From NCBI GenBank assembly GCA_963934255.1, contig CAWVXU010000080.1:1-12024 (forward strand): a stretch of 12,024 nucleotides of DNA, written 5' to 3'. Origin of the DNA: an uncultured Fibrobacterales bacterium. Its GTDB lineage: Bacteria; Fibrobacterota; Fibrobacteria; Fibrobacterales; CAWVXU01. The notes below the pieces were generated by a model. That model was not told where the DNA came from. It ran no database searches and saw only the letters and a program-made list of their open reading frames with translations. The position numbers were made by a program, and so were the translations under genes. Shown here in pieces: positions 1-7,023 of the stretch (position 1 is its first letter; every line of letters begins with the position of its first letter).

Positions 1-1
1 T

Positions 2-553
2 TATCAATTTGATCATTTTGGTGAAAAAGCTCAAGATGTTCAAGTAATTGTAGATGGGAAATTAAATCAACTCTACACTACTTATTTCACAACACCATAC
101 AATTCAACCCACAACAATGGGCACTATCGGTATTCTAGTCTTTGGCCAGGCAACTTATTAATTAACTATAACAATGGCTTATCTACACAAGATTTTCAAA
201 ATTTTGCAGCTCAAATGGTTAAACAAGAAGGTCTTATAAAACTACTTGTAATTGAAAAATTTCCCGATCAAGACGCTTTAGACTTATTAAGTGAATCAAC
301 TCAGATGAGTTTAGCTATAAATACAAGCAGTGATTCTCATAGTTTTGTTCTCGAAAGACCAGTTAAAATGTATTGGTTAGACCCCATAACTGGCCAAACA
401 AAATACACGACACCTATGAATATTCAAGCACTTGACTTCAAAAGCTTAAGACTCATTCGCTCTGCCTCAAGCTCAAAATATTTGTATCAACCTTTTGCTG
501 CATATAGTATGTATACCCCCGACATCCTTATTGGACTTATTGATGCACGGTAA
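2..553 (+). CDS. Hypothetical protein, 5'-partial (C-terminal >=183 aa of a gene starting left of the window)
   Basis: The frame of track ORF 215..553 is open with no stop back to position 2 (YQFDHFGEKAQDVQVIV...FAAQMVKQ...), so the ATG at 215 is probably internal. Ends at TAA 551-553, convergent with ftsZ. No family recognised with confidence. Confidence 0.7.
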   Translation, partial: YQFDHFGEKAQDVQVIVDGKLNQLYTTYFTTPYNSTHNNGHYRYSSLWPGNLLINYNNGLSTQDFQNFAAQMVKQEGLIKLLVIEKFPDQDALDLLSESTQMSLAINTSSDSHSFVLERPVKMYWLDPITGQTKYTTPMNIQALDFKSLRLIRSASSSKYLYQPFAAYSMYTPDILIGLIDAR

Positions 554-639
554 ATTATTGTTATCCATTATTTTATATTCATACTAAATTCAATACCTCA
601 ATGAAGACTCTATGAATTTCCAAAGCACCTTATAAAAGT

Positions 640-671
640 TTAAAGCCTCCAATTTACATTGGAGGCTTTAA
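640..671. terminator. Intrinsic terminator hairpin, probably bidirectional, between the convergent + ORF and the dcw operon
   Basis: Perfect 14-bp inverted repeat ttaaagcctccaat-(ttac)-attggaggctttaa. On the minus strand it reads ...GGAGGCUUUAAACUUUUAU. U tails are short or interrupted on both strands. Confidence 0.8.
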
Positions 672-735
672 GGGTTACCCTCAACGAGAGTTTTAACTAA
701 CAGGGAGTGAAGTCAAAACCCTCTCTCGGGCGGGG
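668..735 (-). ncRNA. Structured element in the ftsZ 3' UTR (candidate cis-element or 3'UTR-derived sRNA; possibly related to the ftsZ-DE motif)
   Basis: Minus-strand RNA: 13-bp stem GAGGGUUUUGACU (723-711) / AGUUAAAACUCUC (698-686) with two G.U pairs and 12-nt loop UCACUCCCUGUU (710-699). It is followed by a 7-bp hairpin UUGAGGG-UAA-CCCUUAA (684-668). The G.U pairs form only on the minus strand. GC-rich relative to the neighbouring intergenic DNA. Confidence 0.55.
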
Positions 736-2610
736 TTAGTAATCGTGATTTCTGAGAAATGCAGGGGTTTCAAAATCATCATCATCTTTTCCAAAATTAG
801 GACTTGAACTTGGAATACTTGCTGATGGCTTGCTTTCTATTAACTGAGTCTGATTATCTTGAATAGCTTCATCACGCAAGTATGAAGGCTGTTCTAAGTC
901 TTTCAATGAAGAAGACCCAGATTCTTCCACTCTTTTAACTTGTGGGCTATATATTGAGTTCATTGTTGGTGTTTTAATTGGTTCTACTGTTTTTTGAACC
1001 TCAGTTTTTATGGATTCCAAATTTCTAAGATAAGCGGGTACATCCGCACCTTGTGGATGTTCAAGATGAGAGGTTTCTTTCACCCAGAGTTCTTCTTTAA
1101 CTTCTAGAAAAGAATCTTGTAAATTTGTAATGAGAGTAACAGGCTTCCTTTCAGATGCAAATGATGTTGGCTCTTCAATCATCAAATTTTCATGCTCTTT
1201 GGGTGACATTTGATTTTCAATTTCTAATTCTTGTTTTTCAGCAGTAGAAGCGAGGTTGGTAACAGTTCTCATATCATACATTGGAGATGCAATTACAGCA
1301 ACAGGCTCTTCTTGCACTTCATACATGCTGTTTGGTTGAATATATACAGAAGGTGTTATTATACCTTGGAAGGGAGCTACCGGTGTAGCCATAGTTGGCA
1401 CAATTTGCTGAACAGGTTGTATAAACGCTTCAGGTGCTGACTCAGGATTTGGTGCAGATTGTTGAACTACAGGCTGAGCAATAGGCTGAGGCTGCAATGG
1501 AGCTGAATGAAGAGATGGTGTAGGTTGTTGAATCACAGGTTGAGCCACAGGCTGAGATTGCGGATCAGCAGAGTCTACTCGACTCTCAAAACTAGGTTGG
1601 TCTCCAGTGATACCTACTTGAGATACGAATTTATCATTATCATCTTTTCTAAAACCAGTAGAAATAACTGTTACGGTTATTTTACCTTCAAGATCAGGAT
1701 TGATTACTGTCCCAAAGATAATGTTTGGTACATTTTCTTCACCAACTTCACTATAAATATAAGACATTGCTTCATTGATTTCATGAATACCCATGTCTTC
1801 TCCGCCGGTCATATTCACAAGAATACCTGAAGAACCTTCAATGCGAATATCATCAAGTAAAGGGCTGTTGATTGCACGTTGAGCGGCAGTCATTGCCCGG
1901 TTTTCACCTTCGGCTGTTCCTGTACCCATTAATGCATCACCACCACATGTCATAATAGTTTTAATGTCTGCAAAGTCAACTTGAATTAATCCATGTTTCA
2001 AAATAATTTCAGAGATGCCACGAACTGCACCTACGAGAACCTCATCACATGCAGCAAAAGCATCCTTGACCGACATATTGTTATCTGCAATGGATAAGAT
2101 TTTTTGATTTTGAATCGTAATAATAGTATCAACCGACTCTTTTAATAATTTCAATCCATTTACTGAGTTCTTCGCACGAATAGGTCCTTCAAAGAAGAAT
2201 GGACGAGTTACTACAGCAACGGATAAAATATCCATTTCTTTACAAAGTTGAGCAACTACTGGAGCACCACCAGTACCTGTACCACCGCCCATACCAGCTG
2301 TGATAAACACCATATCTGCACCATCAAGTGCTTCTCGAACTTCGACTAAAGATTCATTTATTGCATCAAAACCAACTTCTGGTTTAGCACCTGCACCCAA
2401 GCCCTTAGTCAGTTCTTTACCTAAAGAAATCTTTTTATGAGCTGCACTATTTTCTAGTGCCATTGCATCAGTATTAATAGAAATAAATTCTACCCCTTCA
2501 AGTCCTGAATGAACCATGCGATTGACTGCATTTCCACCAGCACCACCGATACCTAAGACTTTTATCTTTGCTCTATTTTCGTTTGCTGGATCATTTTCAA
2601 TTCTAGCCAT
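736..2610 (-). CDS. ftsZ: Cell division GTPase FtsZ with very long C-terminal tail (624 aa)
   Basis: KIKVLGIGGAGGNAVNRM, INTD, GLGAGAKPEVG, tubulin signature GMGGGTGTGG, PFFFEG, VDFAD, ITVTVISTGF at the end of the core (~aa 320), and terminal DFETPAFLR. Lies downstream of ftsA. Confidence 0.99.
   Translation of the reverse strand: MARIENDPANENRAKIKVLGIGGAGGNAVNRMVHSGLEGVEFISINTDAMALENSAAHKKISLGKELTKGLGAGAKPEVGFDAINESLVEVREALDGADMVFITAGMGGGTGTGGAPVVAQLCKEMDILSVAVVTRPFFFEGPIRAKNSVNGLKLLKESVDTIITIQNQKILSIADNNMSVKDAFAACDEVLVGAVRGISEIILKHGLIQVDFADIKTIMTCGGDALMGTGTAEGENRAMTAAQRAINSPLLDDIRIEGSSGILVNMTGGEDMGIHEINEAMSYIYSEVGEENVPNIIFGTVINPDLEGKITVTVISTGFRKDDNDKFVSQVGITGDQPSFESRVDSADPQSQPVAQPVIQQPTPSLHSAPLQPQPIAQPVVQQSAPNPESAPEAFIQPVQQIVPTMATPVAPFQGIITPSVYIQPNSMYEVQEEPVAVIASPMYDMRTVTNLASTAEKQELEIENQMSPKEHENLMIEEPTSFASERKPVTLITNLQDSFLEVKEELWVKETSHLEHPQGADVPAYLRNLESIKTEVQKTVEPIKTPTMNSIYSPQVKRVEESGSSSLKDLEQPSYLRDEAIQDNQTQLIESKPSASIPSSSPNFGKDDDDFETPAFLRNHDY
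1459..1556 (-). repeat. Imperfect 32-bp direct repeat in the Q/P-rich FtsZ linker (1459-1490 and 1525-1556)
   Basis: ttgttgaactacaggctgagcaataggctgag vs ttgttgaatcacaggttgagccacaggctgag, 27/32 identical, offset 66 nt (in frame). Encodes QPIAQPVVQQ and QPVAQPVIQQ. Confidence 0.75.
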
Positions 2611-2616
2611 GTGTAT

Positions 2617-2625
2617 CTCCCTGTT
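2617..2625 (-). promoter_or_regulatory. ftsZ ribosome-binding site (AACAGGGAG)
   Basis: mRNA reads CCAAACAGGGAGAUACAC-AUG. The SD-like AGGGAG ends 6 nt before the start codon, within the 36-nt ftsA-ftsZ spacer. Confidence 0.8.
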
Positions 2626-2646
2626 TGGCGTGATTATTTTAAATTA

Positions 2647-3897
2647 TTAGATGTAGTTTTTAGCCCATCCCGCAAATTTACGGAAAAGATTTATTACTCC
2701 ATCATTACTAGAATTACCGTGTTTGGTAGTTCCGTTAGCTTTTAATTGTTCAAGTCCATAAAGGAGTAACCCAACTCCGGTCGCATGTATAGGCGTATGT
2801 ACTGAATTATAAAGGCCTTTAAGTTTTTTAGGGTATCCAACTTTAACTGGTATACCTTCGAAAACTTCTTCTGCCAGTCGTGCAGTTCCTTCACATAAAG
2901 AACCACCGCCTGTAATGATAATGCCTGCCCCAAGATTATTTGTCAGCTTATGCTTTTTCAAATCTTGATATACCATTTCAAAAATTTCTTTCATTCGTGC
3001 TCTTATTACTTTTGCAACAAAGGATTTCTCAATCTCTCGAGCTTTTGCTCCACCGACACCCGGTACTTTAATTTGTTCTTCTTCTATGTTGGATACAGCA
3101 CAAGCACCGTATTTGACTTTAATACTTTCAGCACCTCTAATTGGAGTGCGAAGCGCAATAGCCAAATCAGATGTTACATTGGCTCCACCAAACTCAATTG
3201 AACTGGTGTATTTTATAGATTTATTGGCGTAGACTGCAATGTCAGTTGTTCCACCGCCCATATCAATAACAGCGCATCCAAGTTCACGCTCATCACTATC
3301 TAGGACTGCATAGGCTGAAGCTAAAGGTTCTAGAACAATATCACTTGTATCAATCCCAGCTTTTCTAACTGAATTATAGATGTTTTGAGCCGAAGAAATT
3401 GCAGCAGTCACAATGTGAACATTTCCCTCAATTTTGATACCACACATACCAACAGGATCTTTAATTCCTGACTGGTCATCTACGACAAAATTTTGAGGAA
3501 TGACATGAATAATTTCTCTATCTTCGGGGATACTGAATGTTGAAGCCTGTTCTATACAACGCTGAATATCATGTGGAGTAATGAGAGAGTCTGATTTTGC
3601 TACAGTAATAATTCCTTTAGAATCAAATGACTGAATATGTCTACCAGCAATACCAACAACTACTTCACGTACTTCAATTCCCGCTACATTTTCAGCCTCT
3701 TCAATTGCTTTTTTAATTGATTGAACTGTTTTATCAATATGAACGACTACACCTTTTTTTAGCCCATCTGACACAGACGTACCAATTCCAACAATTTCAA
3801 CTTCGTCTTCATCATTAACTTGGCCGATTACCACGCCAATTTTAGTGGTACCAATATCTAATGCTACTAAAATTCTATTTTCCATTTCTTGCCTCAT
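2647..3897 (-). CDS. ftsA: Cell division protein FtsA (true start may be the second ATG at 3885)
   Basis: ALDIGTTKI, GLKKGVVVHID, VLEPLASAYAVL, IDMGGGTTD, GGANVTSDLA, IIITGGG, and amphipathic C-terminal helix VINLFRKFAGWAKNYI. A GAGG lies 6 nt before the ATG at 3885, while the ATG at 3897 overlaps the ftsQ stop (TAATG). Confidence 0.98.
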   Translation of the reverse strand: MRQEMENRILVALDIGTTKIGVVIGQVNDEDEVEIVGIGTSVSDGLKKGVVVHIDKTVQSIKKAIEEAENVAGIEVREVVVGIAGRHIQSFDSKGIITVAKSDSLITPHDIQRCIEQASTFSIPEDREIIHVIPQNFVVDDQSGIKDPVGMCGIKIEGNVHIVTAAISSAQNIYNSVRKAGIDTSDIVLEPLASAYAVLDSDERELGCAVIDMGGGTTDIAVYANKSIKYTSSIEFGGANVTSDLAIALRTPIRGAESIKVKYGACAVSNIEEEQIKVPGVGGAKAREIEKSFVAKVIRARMKEIFEMVYQDLKKHKLTNNLGAGIIITGGGSLCEGTARLAEEVFEGIPVKVGYPKKLKGLYNSVHTPIHATGVGLLLYGLEQLKANGTTKHGNSSNDGVINLFRKFAGWAKNYI

Positions 3898-4583
3898 TAG
3901 GATGCGAACGCATACCCATCAAATCGTAAATCTAAAGTGGTTTTATTTATCACTTTATTTATATAAGTCGTTGTCAATAGGTCATATCTTTCCCAGATAG
4001 ACTTGGAATCCATTTCAATTAATGCAATCACTTTTATTTTATGACTAACAAAAAAGAATTCAACTTCATCTTTATTCCAATTAATCATTGATAAATCCGA
4101 ATATATTTTATTGTTAGAATTACTTAGTCCGACAAGATATCTTGATACCTTTTTTAAATTATTAATATCATAGTTATTATCTGTGCTAACAATGGGTACT
4201 TCCCACGGAATTTGAATGGAACATTCCAAATATCCATTGGAATATAAGTGACACCAACTGTCTTTTAATATTGCAGCTACTACCTTGGCCTCAACAATTT
4301 TGACATTCAGTACATGCTTCAAACCAAAAGTGATTTCAACCGTTTCAACCTTATTGTGCTCCATGAGTTTTATTTCAAGTTCATTTATATCAATCTCGTC
4401 CCAGTCACTAAAAGTATCGATACCCATTAAAACTTGAAGTTCACTTGGTTCAATTTCTTCGGTACCTATAAACTCAACTGATTTGACTGTCGTTACTTCA
4501 CCTGCATTGACGAAATTAAAGCTCGCGCAACCAATACCTACAAATACAGACAAAACAAGAATTATTAAACTTTTTTTCATCAT
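3897..4583 (-). CDS. ftsQ: FtsQ/DivIB family cell division protein, short and divergent
   Basis: Position between murC and ftsA; single N-terminal hydrophobic segment; POTRA-like pattern (VKSVEFIG...IDINELEIKL..HNKVETVEI....HVLNVKIVE); C-terminal LDLRF motif. Confidence 0.85.
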   Translation of the reverse strand: MMKKSLIILVLSVFVGIGCASFNFVNAGEVTTVKSVEFIGTEEIEPSELQVLMGIDTFSDWDEIDINELEIKLMEHNKVETVEITFGLKHVLNVKIVEAKVVAAILKDSWCHLYSNGYLECSIQIPWEVPIVSTDNNYDINNLKKVSRYLVGLSNSNNKIYSDLSMINWNKDEVEFFFVSHKIKVIALIEMDSKSIWERYDLLTTTYINKVINKTTLDLRFDGYAFAS

Positions 4584-5962
4584 TATTCTTCACCCCATTG
4601 TTTAAAAGGTTGAATCAATTTCCATATCGGGCCAGCGCCCATAATCAGAACTAAATCTTCCCTTGTTTGGATCTCTTGGTACTTGGCTAAAGCTGCTTTG
4701 ACATCATCAATCATATGCAAATCTTTATGACCTTTTTGATGAGCCAAGTCACCAATAAGAGCTGACGATACTTCCAAGTCAATAGGCTCTCTTGCGCCAA
4801 AAATAGGGCATAAAATCAAGGAATCACAATTCAAGAACACGTCAGAAAACTCTTGATAACAATTTTTAGTTCTGGAATATAGATGCGGTTGAAAAACTAC
4901 AACAATTCTTTTTTCTGGAAAATTATCTCTCGCTGCTTGAAGTGTTGCCTTGACTTCAGTCGGATGATGAGCGTAGTCATCATAAAGTAAAAACTTTGGC
5001 GTATCAGCAATATGTTCAAAGCGACGTTTGACACCAGAGAAACTCTTTAATGCAGCTTTTATTTGATTAAAGCTAAGGCCTTCTTCAATACTTAAAGCTA
5101 ATGCACCTAAAGCATTACTTATATTATGATTACCAGGTAGACCTAATTCAATGATCCCTAGAAGTTGATTCTCATGAAAAACTTCGAACTTAGATAAACC
5201 GTGCCTTGCGTCCACATGACCTACACGATAATTGGCTTGAGCAGCAAATCCATACGTGATTAAAGGTTTCACAATAGTAGGTAATATTTTACGAACACCA
5301 ACATCATCAATACAGGCGACAACTTGTCCGTAAAAAGGGACTTTATTTAAAAAATCAGTAAATGCTTGTTCTAAATTTTCCATGGTGCCATAACACTCGA
5401 GATGATCTGCGTCTACATTTGTTAAAAGCGCCATACTAGGCACCATTTGAAGGAATGATTTGTCATACTCATCGGCTTCGGCAATCAGCACATCACTATC
5501 TCCGTGAATAGCACCTGTGCCGAGATTTTTAACTACACCACCTACAATGATTGTAGGTTTTTTGTGACATTCTTTCCAAATATGGCCAAGTAGAGATGTA
5601 GTAGTAGTTTTACCATGTGTCCCACAAACTGCCAAAGTATACTTTAGTCTCATCAGCTCACCCAACATTTCCGCACGGCGAATTGTTGGTATACGAAGCC
5701 TTCTAGCTTCTTCCATTTCAACATTATCTTGCGGTACTGCTGAAGAGTAAACTACAAGTTCTGAGCTATGGACGTTATCTGCACGGTGTCCATTAAAAAC
5801 TTTTACACCGGCATTTCTTAGATGATCAATAACTTCAGATTCCGCCGGGTCAGACCCTGTTACTTCAAAACCATTTTTTACTAAAATCTCTGCTATACCA
5901 CTCATGCCAGCACCACCGACACCAATAAAATGCATCTTTTTTATTCTACTAGAAGGTATCAT
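4583..5962 (-). CDS. murC: UDP-N-acetylmuramate--L-alanine ligase
   Basis: HFIGVGGAGMSGIA, IRRAEMLGELM, P-loop GTHGKTTT, EADEYD, GVKRRFE, DDYAHHPTE, FQPHLYSRT. Confidence 0.99.
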   Translation of the reverse strand: MIPSSRIKKMHFIGVGGAGMSGIAEILVKNGFEVTGSDPAESEVIDHLRNAGVKVFNGHRADNVHSSELVVYSSAVPQDNVEMEEARRLRIPTIRRAEMLGELMRLKYTLAVCGTHGKTTTTSLLGHIWKECHKKPTIIVGGVVKNLGTGAIHGDSDVLIAEADEYDKSFLQMVPSMALLTNVDADHLECYGTMENLEQAFTDFLNKVPFYGQVVACIDDVGVRKILPTIVKPLITYGFAAQANYRVGHVDARHGLSKFEVFHENQLLGIIELGLPGNHNISNALGALALSIEEGLSFNQIKAALKSFSGVKRRFEHIADTPKFLLYDDYAHHPTEVKATLQAARDNFPEKRIVVVFQPHLYSRTKNCYQEFSDVFLNCDSLILCPIFGAREPIDLEVSSALIGDLAHQKGHKDLHMIDDVKAALAKYQEIQTREDLVLIMGAGPIWKLIQPFKQWGEE

Positions 5963-7023
5963 TTTTGGCTTCCTTCCAACTCTTGAATTCGCTCTACTAT
6001 TTCTATTGCTGCACTTGGTTTTGAAAGTGATTTTGCTGCACTTTCCATTTTTGACTTAATATCAGGACTTTTTAAAATCGCTATTATTTTCTCAAAGATT
6101 TGATTTTTTTCCGACTCAAGTTCTACAATTGCCGCACCTGCTGATTCAAGAACACGAGCATTAGCTTCTTGGTGATTGGCTGTCGCATATGGGAATGGGA
6201 TCAAAATACTTGCTTTTTCCAAGCAAAGTATCTCTGCGATAGTAGAAGCACCTGCTCGCGAGACTAAGACATCAGCATGAACCATATATGCATAAATGTC
6301 ATTGATATAATCAACAACTTTAATATTTGGATATTTCTTTTCAAGGTCTTGGTACTTTGATATATTTCTTGAACCAACTTGCCAGTACAAAAGAATTTCA
6401 GGTGTTATCCTATCAAGAATTTCTTCAACTTTAGTATTAACACCTAAAGCACCTTGTGATCCGCCAACGACCATCACGATTTTATTAAAACCATCATAAC
6501 AACTAGGACGTTTTAATTCTTTAGGCTCAGGGATTTGACGTATAGGGTTGCCTATGTTTTCAGCACTTCCTTTAAAAAACTCTAAACACGCTGCATCTGA
6601 ACTAACAAAAACTTTAGAAGCAAAGATTGCACCTATTTTATTGGCGACACCAGCAACAGCATTTTGTTCTTGAAGGTAAATTGTTTTACCAGCTAAAAAT
6701 GCGCCCAATATCACGGGTAAAGAAACATATCCACCAGTGCCTATAACAATTTGTGGCTGTAATTTTCTAATTGTTTTATAAGCTTGGAAAACTGAACCCA
6801 ACACTCTTATTGGTAATTTCAAATTTTCAACAAGTTTACCTCTCACTAAAGGGTAAGCTTCATTATGATGAAAATTCCATTCGGATGAAATAATTTTATC
6901 TTCTAAACTGCCTTGACGTCCAACAAAATCACATGAGTGCCCTAAAGATTTTAGAACTTCTGCAATAGCTACTGCAGGGTATACATGACCACCCGTCCCG
7001 CCACAAGCTAAAATAACATTCAT
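5959..7023 (-). CDS. murG: Lipid II GlcNAc transferase MurG
   Basis: GGTGGHVYP, GTGGYVSLP, EQNAVAGVAN, GNPIR, GGSQGA, SRAGASTIAE, HQEANA. Confidence 0.99.
   Translation of the reverse strand: MNVILACGGTGGHVYPAVAIAEVLKSLGHSCDFVGRQGSLEDKIISSEWNFHHNEAYPLVRGKLVENLKLPIRVLGSVFQAYKTIRKLQPQIVIGTGGYVSLPVILGAFLAGKTIYLQEQNAVAGVANKIGAIFASKVFVSSDAACLEFFKGSAENIGNPIRQIPEPKELKRPSCYDGFNKIVMVVGGSQGALGVNTKVEEILDRITPEILLYWQVGSRNISKYQDLEKKYPNIKVVDYINDIYAYMVHADVLVSRAGASTIAEILCLEKASILIPFPYATANHQEANARVLESAGAAIVELESEKNQIFEKIIAILKSPDIKSKMESAAKSLSKPSAAIEIVERIQELEGSQK

Noticed and set aside
561..569. ttatccatt as a possible DnaA box
   Set aside because: Two mismatches to TTATCCACA and a single copy in AT-rich DNA; no origin-like cluster.
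601..615. Mini-ORF ATG AAG ACT CTA TGA in the intergenic region
   Set aside because: Four codons, no SD; expected by chance.
1231..1830. + strand ORFs 1231..1440 and 1507..1830 antisense to ftsZ
   Set aside because: Shadow ORFs fully inside ftsZ, with no recognisable motifs and atypical composition; partly explained by low-complexity linker codons.
2742..3201. ORFs 2742..2933 (-) and 2950..3201 (+) within ftsA
   Set aside because: Short alternative-frame or antisense ORFs inside a conserved gene, with no supporting signals.
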